A stretch of DNA of 64,000 bases, from sequence record PV654397.1; one strand, written 5' to 3'. The translations under genes were made by a program, and so were the position numbers. Positions 1 through 9,496 of the stretch are shown here, piece by piece (position 1 is the first letter of the stretch; each line of letters opens with the position of its first letter). A model generated the notes under the pieces. It saw only the letters and a program-made list of their open reading frames with translations, had not been told where the DNA came from and did not search any database.

Positions 1-178
1 CCATTAATGACAATTTCAGTATTAACAAAATACTCACGTAATTCTTCTAGATAATTTGACCATATTTTATGGGTAAACGCATTTTTATTAATTGTGTTAG
101 TACTTCGGTGATTGTGGTGTAATTTAAATAATTCCATATAAGTGAATTGTATATGTTTGTAATTCATATTTCCCCTTA

Positions 179-207
179 CAAAAATAGCCCGAACTTATGT
201 CGGGCTA
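179..207 (-). terminator. Rho-independent terminator
   Basis: TAGCCCGA-N7-TCGGGCTA hairpin followed by a T-run on the minus strand, just past the stop at 214. Confidence 0.8.
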
Positions 208-213
208 TATGTA

Positions 214-828
214 TTATTCATCGTCATCATCGTCGTCGAGATCTAGGTAAATGTCACTATCACCATCATCGAAGTACTCAACCACTACACCAGGAATGTT
301 CAGTGCTGTGAACATCGCATCATATTTTTCATCAGATGGGATAAGAACAAACTCATCAATGCTTTGAATTTCAGGCATACGATCTTCAGGAATACCCATT
401 TGCAATAAGGATTGGATGATTTTTTCTTTGTATTCTTGGAACTTCTCTTCTGATTCAAAATCCATAATAAGTTGTGCTACATAACCATCTTCGTTACCAA
501 ATGCGATTGACATTTGTGCATCAGTACCGACATATGACCATGTACGCTTGCCAGTATTTTTCTCAATGAAGTTCTGAATTTCAAGAACGATTTCATGACG
601 AGAACTATTGGCAATGTTGTTAAGGTTAGCAACACCAGCAATAATTTCTGAACTGTCATTGGATTCTTCGAATGTGCCATAGTCACCTAATACATATTGA
701 ACACCATCACAATGTAATGCATATGCATAATCCAAATCAGCAAGTGAATCACACTTACCACGGATTGGGCGTAGGGAAAGCCCTAGGCGAAGATAACGAA
801 AGTATGTATTAGTATTTGTATTTGTCAA
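214..828 (-). CDS. Hypothetical protein with acidic C-terminal tail
   Basis: ORF; likely TTG start at 828 preceded by AGGAG; ends DLDDDDDDE. Confidence 0.7.
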   Translation of the reverse strand: MTNTNTNTYFRYLRLGLSLRPIRGKCDSLADLDYAYALHCDGVQYVLGDYGTFEESNDSSEIIAGVANLNNIANSSRHEIVLEIQNFIEKNTGKRTWSYVGTDAQMSIAFGNEDGYVAQLIMDFESEEKFQEYKEKIIQSLLQMGIPEDRMPEIQSIDEFVLIPSDEKYDAMFTALNIPGVVVEYFDDGDSDIYLDLDDDDDDE

Positions 829-1117
829 CGTAATGCTCCTTAACAATATAAAAGTAGTTGCTGTTGTTGTCAAAAAAGATGACTAATCCTTTGTAGACAT
901 TTACACCAATCTTGATTTGGCATATTTTATTCGATTTACAAGCCTCAGTCAATAACATTTTGTGCTCTTTACTGAAAGTGTGGAAGAGTGGTTTTACATG
1001 CCACATCTCCACACCATCTAGTACTGGAAAATGTTCACTGAATTTGATCATTGATTCTTGCAAAAAATAACCTGTTAGATTCGAATCATCAGACATGTAA
1101 GTTCGCCAGGAAGTCAA
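809..1117 (-). CDS. Hypothetical protein (probable start 1096)
   Basis: ORF in the tiling path. Confidence 0.65.
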   Translation of the reverse strand: MTSWRTYMSDDSNLTGYFLQESMIKFSEHFPVLDGVEMWHVKPLFHTFSKEHKMLLTEACKSNKICQIKIGVNVYKGLVIFFDNNSNYFYIVKEHYVDKYKY

Positions 1118-1382
1118 TTACTTCGTCATGTGTTAACTTATCACTACGCTCTAGAACATTGATGATGAATGGTGTTTGACTATATAATTCAGCCAGAAAC
1201 GCAACTTCATCAGATGTATAAGAATATCCCATAGGAACAACTTGTGCAGTCCAGTTTCCTAAAGTTTTGTTTGCAATGATTGCAACCACCGTATTACCTT
1301 TGAATTCAACATGGATTGAACGGAAACCCGAATCCTCATTCTGATCCCAAAGTACTGGGTTAGTTTTAAACAGTACTGACAT
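1089..1382 (-). CDS. Hypothetical protein
   Basis: ORF in the tiling path. Confidence 0.7.
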   Translation of the reverse strand: MSVLFKTNPVLWDQNEDSGFRSIHVEFKGNTVVAIIANKTLGNWTAQVVPMGYSYTSDEVAFLAELYSQTPFIINVLERSDKLTHDEVIDFLANLHV

Positions 1383-1384
1383 AG

Positions 1385-1918
1385 TTATTTCCTCATGTAT
1401 TTTATTACATCTTCAAATAGTTTAGTTTTCAGTGCATCATCATTACCAGGTAGAAAAGTACTGAAGCTATTAAAATCTTCATTCTTGGCAAACTCACGCA
1501 TCTGTGTGGAACTGTAGCGACTTATATTTCGGTCAATTCCAGCTTGAACTGCCTTGATTGAACAAAAATTATATAACTTCCCATTGTACGTGTCAAGTGT
1601 TTTTTGGAATGGTTCAAGTCTATCTGAACCACATATGAAAAGAACATCTAAGTACTTTCCATCCAGTTCTCTCATTATATCAAACAGATTATCTTCTGTA
1701 TAGATATTTTCTTGTACAGATGGGTAAAATCCTTCTGTATAGTACATTTTCAGTTCAGGAGGTAATGGGTTTTTGATGGCATCAGTACTGGTACTAAGGA
1801 ATATTTTCAAATCAGCATTGTACTGTTCTTGTAGTGCTTGTGCTTTTTCAAACACTAAGCCATGTCCGTGATGTATTGGGTTACATCTCATGAATGATAG
1901 TATACATGTTTCTTTCAT
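1385..1918 (-). CDS. HxGH-family nucleotidyltransferase (phage cytidylyltransferase/NMNAT-like)
   Basis: RCNPIHHGH (HxGH), KNPL, CGSDR and SSTQMR motifs of the HIGH nucleotidyltransferase fold. Confidence 0.8.
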   Translation of the reverse strand: MKETCILSFMRCNPIHHGHGLVFEKAQALQEQYNADLKIFLSTSTDAIKNPLPPELKMYYTEGFYPSVQENIYTEDNLFDIMRELDGKYLDVLFICGSDRLEPFQKTLDTYNGKLYNFCSIKAVQAGIDRNISRYSSTQMREFAKNEDFNSFSTFLPGNDDALKTKLFEDVIKYMRK

Positions 1919-2439
1919 ATGTTCTTCATCACCTGACCAATAGATTTAAGATGGTTGATTTTAGCTGGAGTCAAATACTTATCCAGTACTATTAAACAAC
2001 TAGGGAATGGAGCACTGTCAGTCTTTTTATCTGGTTCTTCAGGGATACCGAACTTTAAGCGACCTTTTATAAAACAAATACAATCACAAACTTTCGCAGC
2101 ATAATCCTGAAAGGCTATAGTATCAGTTCTTGATGGTACGAGAATCAGTACTGTAGCACCTTTGTTATATGCATCAACTGCCTTAGATAACCACGTTTTC
2201 AAATCACTGTACGGTGGGTTGAGCCACACGATATTGTTTCCCCAGTCCTGTTCAAGTGAATTGTCTTCTGGTGTAAAGAACTTATCACACAATGCAGTTT
2301 CTTTGACACACGCTGCATCTAGTGTAAATTCCCAGAGTTCATCCAAATCTTCAAAGAAATCCTTTGGAGTAGTCCAGTTATCTTTTCCAGTACTGAAATG
2401 TACTGATTGTTTTTTCTTCGAAGCATCCTTCTTCGACAT
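1915..2439 (-). CDS. dam: Phage DNA N6-adenine methyltransferase (T1/HP1-type Dam family)
   Basis: W-T-T-P, FTLDAA, catalytic WLNPPY, VPSRTDT, FIKGRLKF and APFPS motifs. Confidence 0.88.
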   Translation of the reverse strand: MSKKDASKKKQSVHFSTGKDNWTTPKDFFEDLDELWEFTLDAACVKETALCDKFFTPEDNSLEQDWGNNIVWLNPPYSDLKTWLSKAVDAYNKGATVLILVPSRTDTIAFQDYAAKVCDCICFIKGRLKFGIPEEPDKKTDSAPFPSCLIVLDKYLTPAKINHLKSIGQVMKNI

Positions 2440-2455
2440 ACATAATTTCCTTTGA

Positions 2456-3052
2456 TTATAGACAGTTAAGTACTATGTCATCAAAAGTACTACTGTCAAT
2501 GTTGTATTCATATAAAAATTTAAAATGTGATCCATAACGCATCATCAGATTAAACTCTTCTTCAGTATTAAATTTGTAATCATGAAGAGTTTCAAGGGTA
2601 CATGTTAAACCTAAAAACTCAATAATTTCTGATGTTACATCATTTCCTGAATTGAAGTATTTAACCCAAACACATTTTCCTTGTGGGTTGAATTTTCTAT
2701 ATTCTCCTTCTAGTTCTCCATTGACGATATGTGCTTTCGCACTGATTAGATTATTACTATAACGCTCTTCGTAGTAGTTCCCATAACGAGCTTTAAGAAT
2801 TGTAGGCTTCTTGGTTGGAAATAACTTAATGGAAGTTAATTCAAAACCGCACTGCAACTCTTTGATGTACGAAATACATCCCTTTTCTTTAATCACAACA
2901 AAACCAGTAAAATTCTCTTGGTCTTGGTTCTGATTGTCTGAATCAACAAATTCTAGTGTTTTATAAGTGACGCTTTTAGATTTTTTAATAAATGACATCA
3001 TTATTCCTATGGAAACATCAATGACTGTACATGGCGTTGACTGCATCAACAC
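2456..3052 (-). CDS. MORN-repeat/YwqK-like protein
   Basis: NGELEGEYRKFNPQGKCVWVKYFNSG MORN-variant repeat; C-terminal EEEFNLMMRYG. Confidence 0.55.
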   Translation of the reverse strand: MLMQSTPCTVIDVSIGIMMSFIKKSKSVTYKTLEFVDSDNQNQDQENFTGFVVIKEKGCISYIKELQCGFELTSIKLFPTKKPTILKARYGNYYEERYSNNLISAKAHIVNGELEGEYRKFNPQGKCVWVKYFNSGNDVTSEIIEFLGLTCTLETLHDYKFNTEEEFNLMMRYGSHFKFLYEYNIDSSTFDDIVLNCL

Positions 3053-3621
3053 CAGTCGAATTATACACGCTTCGCATGTCTAATTCGACGAAAGTACTAT
3101 GATTTGTTTTAATTAATATTGACGGGGTTTGCTTGAGCATATTTCATCCCCCCGCAGGGGAAAGAACAAAAAAAAGTTTGACGCTGGTGGCCTTCACATA
3201 GTTCATATCACGAATTCTCTTACGAGGCGAAAGCGGGTTGCTCTGTTTCTCTCTATCGCGGTTCTTGTAGCAACGGTCGTCGGTCTTAAACATCCCGACA
3301 CATAATACAAATACCATATGACCAGTACTTGTATTTGATTTCACGAATTTTGGACGCAACTATATTGTATAAATTACGACCGCAAATTTCTCATGAAATC
3401 TCCCTTAGATAATTGGTAAGGTGCGATCCTTATATGTCTATCGAGGAACTCTCTTTATCCTATTGGAGTTCTTTATACAGCCGCATTGCCGTGAGTGGTT
3501 CAAACTATGCCATCATCTAACGGGTTTCATTTGCTGTTCGTACTGAAAGGACTACTCATCTACCCTCTACTTTTCGAGTGGATTAGGCTTTAATCATTTC
3601 CATATGGAACCTTTCAGGATT

Positions 3622-3655
3622 AAAAAAAGGCGACAACATATTCTGCTGTCACCTT
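3622..3655 (-). terminator. Rho-independent terminator
   Basis: AAGGTGACAGC-loop-GTTGTCGCCTT plus T-run on the minus strand after ORF 3684. Confidence 0.75.
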
Positions 3656-3683
3656 ACATTATATCATAAACTTATGGTCTGTC

Positions 3684-4532
3684 TCAGTTGTATTCTGTTT
3701 TTTCAGTGAAATTAGTTAAGATATCTGCACTTAAGCTTCTCATAACCTCAATCTTACTTGGCATGAACCTGTGCTTGTTTTTTACATACAACTCATCATC
3801 TTCAATGAAAGATGTGAACATGAATACCATATCTTCACGTGGAATTGAGAGAATATTACAGTTTTCATTTTCAGCAACAGGGGAATCATTGTAGTACTTA
3901 GAGAATGCAGTACTTTGACGACCGATTATGATAGAATTTCGGATTAGAAAATTACTACAGTACTGAAAATCTTTGTAGTACTTGTCAAGGATATATGGCA
4001 TTATCGCTTCTTTCACTTCTTCATATCCATTGGTACTATCAATTTCAGTACAATAATCTTCTCGGTCTTTTTTCCCTCGATGATTATCAAACTCGTACTC
4101 AAAGAATAAATTTTTATTTAATGAATCATTTGAACCAACTGATCCACTATAGTATGATTTTCTATCATTCATTCGATCATCGGGGCATGATGCATACATA
4201 GAAATGTCATGTGTTGACGTACCGATATAAATTTTCTTAGTAATGTGATTGTACGCGATGTAATCATAATCTTGTACTCCAGTGAGCATTAACTGGAACA
4301 TCAATTCATCAGGAACATCAATTAACGGGTACTCAAACTTCGAATATCTACTACGACAGAAATTCTTTTCAAATGCTCGATATGCGATGAAATCTTTTAG
4401 GTTTGTAATAGATTCATGCTCATGTGTACTACTGGTGCGTACATTGACATTAGTAGACGAGCAATACCCTTCAGATTCTTCTGCGTAGTCATAATAACCC
4501 TTATTGTAGTCAACGATTAGATAAAGTTTCAT
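3684..4532 (-). CDS. Hypothetical protein
   Basis: 282-aa ORF with GGAGA RBS; internal DELMFQLMLTG resembles the family-A motif. Confidence 0.8.
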   Translation of the reverse strand: MKLYLIVDYNKGYYDYAEESEGYCSSTNVNVRTSSTHEHESITNLKDFIAYRAFEKNFCRSRYSKFEYPLIDVPDELMFQLMLTGVQDYDYIAYNHITKKIYIGTSTHDISMYASCPDDRMNDRKSYYSGSVGSNDSLNKNLFFEYEFDNHRGKKDREDYCTEIDSTNGYEEVKEAIMPYILDKYYKDFQYCSNFLIRNSIIIGRQSTAFSKYYNDSPVAENENCNILSIPREDMVFMFTSFIEDDELYVKNKHRFMPSKIEVMRSLSADILTNFTEKTEYN

Positions 4533-4544
4533 ATATCTCCAGAC

Positions 4545-4575
4545 AAAAAAAAGACGAGATATTATATCCCGTCCT
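4545..4575 (-). terminator. Rho-independent terminator
   Basis: GACGGGATAT/ATATCTCGTC stem plus T8 on the minus strand. Confidence 0.75.
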
Positions 4576-4583
4576 TTGGTTTA

Positions 4584-4889
4584 TTAGTGGCTTGCCCAGC
4601 AGTAAACAGGACGTAGATTTTCCATTGGGTTTACTTCAGGCTTCAGTACTGTAACACGAACTTCATACGGAGTACCATCTGCATGATGGAACGTTTCGTA
4701 ATGAATACTCTCAATGAAGGTTTCATATTCTTCTTGAGAACGTGAACGAACTGATGGGGAATATTTCTTTTTGGTATCTGATTTTAGTGTAACACTTACT
4801 AGTTCTGATTCTTCACCATTTTCAAGTTTATTGAAATCGAACTCTGGTACACCTTCAAACATATCAAATTTCATTCCGTTGTCTTCCAT
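4584..4889 (-). CDS. Hypothetical protein
   Basis: ORF with RBS, ends at a terminator. Confidence 0.7.
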   Translation of the reverse strand: MEDNGMKFDMFEGVPEFDFNKLENGEESELVSVTLKSDTKKKYSPSVRSRSQEEYETFIESIHYETFHHADGTPYEVRVTVLKPEVNPMENLRPVYCWASH

Positions 4890-4940
4890 TTTAAATTCCT
4901 TTTTATATAATGTTAGTTAGATAGTTTTTAATAAATCAGA

Positions 4941-5327
4941 TTAGATTACGTCATACGGTAGAGTACCGTGACGGAATTTATCAAGTTGTGCAAGAACTTC
5001 TTTTCGTTCAACAATCTCTGGCACATCTTCTTGCAGTTGGTCACATACTTCAACGATGAAATCCCAATCGCTCTCACAACTCACACGTACTGCTTCAATT
5101 GTTTTCCAATCAGCACTAATTTCACCTTCAGGATTTACATACGAAGGCCATACCTTTCCATAGTCTTGTACTGATTTGTCGTTAAGAACACGAATAGCAT
5201 TGAAAATCTGTCCAGTACTGAAGTGTTTAGTATTCTTCATGTCTTCTAAGCAACATAGCTTAGGTTCACCCTGGACTTCAATCAGAAGTACACCACCAAT
5301 AGCTTTTAGAACAGAACTTGTATTCAT
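4941..5327 (-). CDS. Hypothetical protein
   Basis: ORF with GGAGA RBS. Confidence 0.75.
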   Translation of the reverse strand: MNTSSVLKAIGGVLLIEVQGEPKLCCLEDMKNTKHFSTGQIFNAIRVLNDKSVQDYGKVWPSYVNPEGEISADWKTIEAVRVSCESDWDFIVEVCDQLQEDVPEIVERKEVLAQLDKFRHGTLPYDVI

Positions 5328-5360
5328 CTATATCTCCATTTATCAAAAAAAGATGTGAAC

Positions 5361-5388
5361 ATTATATCACAAGGAATTGTCATGTCCA
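5361..5388 (-). promoter_or_regulatory. sigma70 promoter with TGTG extended -10
   Basis: TGGACA-N16-TATAAT with TGTGA preceding the -10. Confidence 0.55.
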
Positions 5389-5398
5389 CAATATTTTA

Positions 5399-5692
5399 TC
5401 AAATAGTCAAACTTTCGTGCCAGTTATTGAAATCGTTAATAGCCAGCATAAACATATTCTCATCATTAAATTCTAGAATATGTTCATTGTATAAGTAGCT
5501 AATGTACTTATTACTACAATGTTTGCTATTCATAATTAGCATTTCAACTGCACGTTCATACGAACATGGGCTGAGATACAATTTTGTTCCATCAGGGTGC
5601 TCAATCTCCACTGCACCAGGTGGAATAAAACGTTCACCAGTATAAGGGATATACGGCTCTGTTTTGAAAATAAGTTTGAATTTAGTATCCAT
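5399..5692 (-). CDS. Hypothetical protein
   Basis: ORF with GGAGA RBS. Confidence 0.7.
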   Translation of the reverse strand: MDTKFKLIFKTEPYIPYTGERFIPPGAVEIEHPDGTKLYLSPCSYERAVEMLIMNSKHCSNKYISYLYNEHILEFNDENMFMLAINDFNNWHESLTI

Positions 5693-5708
5693 ACCAAATC
5701 CTCCATAA

Positions 5709-6557
5709 TTACATTGTTTCTTTTATGTTGCGTAACATAGTATTAACTATGTTCATCTTCCCGCCTAACTTGAAGTAATATTCCAATTTATTAATAATAT
5801 TACTTTTTAATATCTCAAATATTTGATATTCATTTGTTTCGAAACTAAGTTCGAATTGGAAAGTATATAAATTGTTGAATAGATGTACCAACGATGCATC
5901 AGGTGATTCCATTGTAAATGTGTAGTTGGCACGATAACCAGTACTAATCACTACTTCCGATGATTCACCTTTCATGGATATGTCAATATTATACATCATT
6001 GGGCGACCAGTTGCAATATCTTTCATTCGGAAGAATGCAGTACTACGATACACAACACCATCTTCGGTAACCTTTTCTTGTATAGTTATATTTGAAACTT
6101 CACTCTCTTTGAATTTGGATTCGAATGAATGAATACGATTTGATTTTTCATCATCCGTATACATAGTGCATGTATATTTTCCAAAATCATCTCTAGATGT
6201 ATATGATTTATCGCTGGCGGTTTTATAAAACGAAACCCCATTGATGTGTTCTTCTTTGTACATCATTGTGTCATTGGATTTGTAGTATGAACAATTAGGT
6301 GTTGAAAGAGATTCAAAATTGTTCACATCATGACAGTAAGAAATAGAAGAATCGCTATACAGTACTACATCACGAATTGCAACTTCTTTTGAAGTACCTT
6401 TTTTGACAGAAATTTGAAAGTCATTGCATGGGAAGATTCTATATCCATCGTATGTATCTGATGTACTGATACCAAATGGTGTTGGGGAATTCAGAAATTC
6501 GTTGATATGTTCAAGTACTGAATACTTTTTGAAATTACGAAAATCTGTTGTATCCAT
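5709..6557 (-). CDS. Hypothetical protein
   Basis: 282-aa ORF with AGGAG RBS. Confidence 0.8.
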   Translation of the reverse strand: MDTTDFRNFKKYSVLEHINEFLNSPTPFGISTSDTYDGYRIFPCNDFQISVKKGTSKEVAIRDVVLYSDSSISYCHDVNNFESLSTPNCSYYKSNDTMMYKEEHINGVSFYKTASDKSYTSRDDFGKYTCTMYTDDEKSNRIHSFESKFKESEVSNITIQEKVTEDGVVYRSTAFFRMKDIATGRPMMYNIDISMKGESSEVVISTGYRANYTFTMESPDASLVHLFNNLYTFQFELSFETNEYQIFEILKSNIINKLEYYFKLGGKMNIVNTMLRNIKETM

Positions 6558-6584
6558 AGTAATACAATCTCCTAAATTTCGGAC

Positions 6585-6613
6585 AAAAAATTAGTCGAGA
6601 ATAAATCTCGACT
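6585..6613 (-). terminator. Rho-independent terminator
   Basis: AGTCGAGA-N5-TCTCGACT plus T-run. Confidence 0.7.
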
Positions 6614-6722
6614 TGTGTTTTACTTTACCATTCTTCATTGCTTTTTTACGGTCCACATGTGTTTGAGGTTTATTAAACTCATTCATATGCTTTTGTACAA
6701 AGTTGTTTACATTTTTAGCCAT
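6591..6722 (-). CDS. Small basic phage protein (43 aa, not in the ORF track)
   Basis: MAKNVNNFVQKHMNEFNKPQTHVDRKKAMKNGKVKHKSRFILD; resembles the N-x-V-x-KH..FNK..H-x-DRKK..KHK pattern of small phage proteins. Confidence 0.65.
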   Translation of the reverse strand: MAKNVNNFVQKHMNEFNKPQTHVDRKKAMKNGKVKHKSRFILD

Positions 6723-6724
6723 AC

Positions 6725-7198
6725 TTACTCCAAATCGGGATCTTTAACTGTTAGGCTTTCAATATCACTTGCGTAAAGAACTACATTAGTTTGTGTCTCT
6801 GATACTTTAAAATCATGATAACTATCTTTCACTTTAAAATTATCCAAAATAAACCCTTTACTACAACACATCATGATTTTATCATCTTTGATAGTGTATG
6901 TATTCTTTTTCTTACGTACTTCAGATTGTGGGGTAATATTATCATTGTTACGAATAACACAATCAATGTACTCGTCATTTGTACTCATAGGCATACCCAT
7001 GATAAACGAATTACTAGTACTGATTGTTAGTATGAAAACATTAGTATTTGGATTGTGAAAGAAGTCGTGCATAGTTTTACTGCATAAAAACAAGCACTGA
7101 ATTATGTCCTTTACATTGAACATTATATCATGAACTTTGAATGCGTCCAACTCTAAAATGTCATCTATCTTTCCATTCTCAACAGTTTTAATCTCCAT
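6725..7198 (-). CDS. Hypothetical protein
   Basis: ORF in the tiling path. Confidence 0.7.
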   Translation of the reverse strand: MEIKTVENGKIDDILELDAFKVHDIMFNVKDIIQCLFLCSKTMHDFFHNPNTNVFILTISTSNSFIMGMPMSTNDEYIDCVIRNNDNITPQSEVRKKKNTYTIKDDKIMMCCSKGFILDNFKVKDSYHDFKVSETQTNVVLYASDIESLTVKDPDLE

Positions 7199-7240
7199 GA
7201 TCTATCCTTGATCTTCAAAGGCACTCCATGTGCACATATA

Positions 7241-7741
7241 TTAGGTCACAGCTTTGTATTTCTCCATTGCTTCGGTGATATTCAATACTGCTTGCGGTAC
7301 GTCACTTTTGTTGTATGCAGTGGTTAGTTTTTCCATGTTATTGAGAAGACTTAGAAACAATGGAAGTACTTCTGCATTGTCACTGAAGTTACAATCATTG
7401 ACAGTACTCAATTGGAATAACTCACCTGCATCAACATTGAGTGTGTTGTATTCTTTAACAATGTTTTCTTCAGTATTGAAGATGTAGAATACAGTCCCCA
7501 TGTGGTGTAAGTATACACCAGTATCATTCTGAATATGACATGGGGTGATTACAATTGCTGTGTTATCAATATTATTTACTATTGTCAAACGAAGACTATG
7601 TAACCCAAAGATTACAGTACAATCCTTTGTACTGTGTTGGATCTGGTCACTAGTAAAGGAAGACCCACTATGATTTTTAGATCCATTTAGTATTTCTTTG
7701 ATAATTTTAAATGAATACTTCATCGAATTAGTTAAAAGCAT
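7241..7741 (-). CDS. Family A (FQxS) protein
   Basis: GELFQLSTV. Confidence 0.75.
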   Translation of the reverse strand: MLLTNSMKYSFKIIKEILNGSKNHSGSSFTSDQIQHSTKDCTVIFGLHSLRLTIVNNIDNTAIVITPCHIQNDTGVYLHHMGTVFYIFNTEENIVKEYNTLNVDAGELFQLSTVNDCNFSDNAEVLPLFLSLLNNMEKLTTAYNKSDVPQAVLNITEAMEKYKAVT

Positions 7742-8141
7742 GAACTTTACCTTTAAGTAAATTAATTAATGTTCGCATAGATTCAGTACTGACAGTACCA
7801 AAATCAACACCTAAGCACTCGTATTGAAAGAACTCAATAGAATCAATTGAGTCCAAAGGAATCTCAACAACCTGATTCCCTATACCAGACATAGTAACAT
7901 TGCTTTTATTAATCGTCAAGAAGTTTTTTGAATAAGTATTAAATTTTAGTGAAATCGCATCGGGGTGCTTTGTAACAATGCAGTACTGGGAGCCATACAC
8001 ATATAGTACTTTACTTTCACTAAGATCCGTTTTAAAAAAATGAATCCCATTGAAGTATTTCTCATTGGCTTTCATCGCCGCGATTAGTTCATCTGTTGTT
8101 GTTAACCTTGTTTCGTTCTTCGTTAAACTGTTGAAAAGCAT
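7728..8141 (-). CDS. Family A protein
   Basis: IEFFQYECL. Confidence 0.7.
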   Translation of the reverse strand: MLFNSLTKNETRLTTTDELIAAMKANEKYFNGIHFFKTDLSESKVLYVYGSQYCIVTKHPDAISLKFNTYSKNFLTINKSNVTMSGIGNQVVEIPLDSIDSIEFFQYECLGVDFGTVSTESMRTLINLLKGKVHAFN

Positions 8142-8562
8142 AGAATACTACCTTAACCATTTGTAGTGTTTCAGACATTACTTCTGATGAAAATTCAACA
8201 TCATTGAATTTCAGCATAGTGTTCTGTGTAAAGAAAGTTGCTTCTAAGTCTTCCAGATTGAAGGGTTCATCAAACAAATTAGTACTGAACATGTCAGTCT
8301 TCTTCTTGTATGTGAACAAGAATTTGGAATTATAACGAAGAACTATTTCATCTTTATTAACCAAAATACGTGCAATGTTCTGACGTGTCAATGTGGTAAT
8401 GTTTAAATTGAACACGTTCTTGCGTGTTTCAGTGATATCAACAAAATACCCATCTCCCTGATGGATATTACATCGTACATCCAACCCTTTCTGTACTGTA
8501 TTGAACAGTGCATCTTGAATAAAATAATTTGCTGTATCGATGTTTCCTAAAATGTCTAACAT
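8089..8562 (-). CDS. Family A protein (degenerate)
   Basis: EATFFTQNTM. Confidence 0.65.
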   Translation of the reverse strand: MLDILGNIDTANYFIQDALFNTVQKGLDVRCNIHQGDGYFVDITETRKNVFNLNITTLTRQNIARILVNKDEIVLRYNSKFLFTYKKKTDMFSTNLFDEPFNLEDLEATFFTQNTMLKFNDVEFSSEVMSETLQMVKVVFYAFQQFNEERNKVNNNR

Positions 8563-9074
8563 AACTTCTCCTTGATTGCTGTCATATTTAGAAGAAATTC
8601 TTCAAGCAATTCCTCTGTAACATACTCAACATACCAGAATATCACAATATCTTTTGAAAGTCGAGTATTCTTAAAAATATCTACTAACTCTTTGTAGTAC
8701 TCAAGATCATATACATCTTTTATAATTAGTGAGTACTGAAATAGTGATTCTTCAGTTAACTTAAATTCTGGATATAGTAAGTCATTAAATTCTAATGATT
8801 CTGATTGTACTTTTATTTTAGTGAAGTCATTTGTTAATCCACCATTACATCCATATAATGCAGCGTAATTCACGAACTTGGCTTTTGGATTAAAATCAAG
8901 AACAGTTTCACCATTATATGACAATCGGTGGAACGCCGTGAACTTTGTAATTTGCCACGGTTGCTTAATATCTAAGTCATTTATGTCTTTATTATTGTAC
9001 ATAAGAACAGTGAATATTTCAGCAATCTTCAATAATAATTTAGTACGTGCTAGTACTGTCATAGGTTCAATCAT
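8556..9074 (-). CDS. Family A protein
   Basis: EESLFQYSLI. Confidence 0.75.
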   Translation of the reverse strand: MIEPMTVLARTKLLLKIAEIFTVLMYNNKDINDLDIKQPWQITKFTAFHRLSYNGETVLDFNPKAKFVNYAALYGCNGGLTNDFTKIKVQSESLEFNDLLYPEFKLTEESLFQYSLIIKDVYDLEYYKELVDIFKNTRLSKDIVIFWYVEYVTEELLEEFLLNMTAIKEKLC

Positions 9075-9487
9075 TATACACCTTCATATTCATCAAGGAA
9101 ATCTTCGATGATCATTTCTGCGTCATCCATGTGCATAGCATCAACTTCAACAATGCGAACCTTAGACGTATCCCAAATCATATAGCTAGGAACTGTATCT
9201 GGTTCGTAATCGTTTTTGTACTGAACTGCATCATAGCCGTTAATTTCGCAGTACTCAATCACTCCACGCCATTCGTCGTCACTGCCCATATCCGTCCACA
9301 GAAGCACGTTATCAACATCAACTTCTAAGGTATGTAAGTATACTGTATCAGCGTCAACAACGTTCAGTGGGCTTCTCAGCTTGCGTAATGCAGCTTCTAA
9401 AGCACTGTGTTTGCCACCCATATGAAGGCCACCATACGGGATATAAAAGTTATCAATTTTTACAGTACTCGCATGATACAGTTTCAT
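9074..9487 (-). CDS. Putative ADP-ribosyltransferase-fold protein
   Basis: N-terminal LYH, G-L-H-x-G, and GYDAVQYKNDYE..SYMIW pattern typical of small polyvalent-type ART domains. Confidence 0.45.
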   Translation of the reverse strand: MKLYHASTVKIDNFYIPYGGLHMGGKHSALEAALRKLRSPLNVVDADTVYLHTLEVDVDNVLLWTDMGSDDEWRGVIEYCEINGYDAVQYKNDYEPDTVPSYMIWDTSKVRIVEVDAMHMDDAEMIIEDFLDEYEGV

Positions 9488-9496
9488 TATTCATTC

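Noticed and set aside
3144-3359. 71-aa ORF in the non-coding gap
   Set aside because: No RBS, atypical composition, and it overlaps predicted RNA stems
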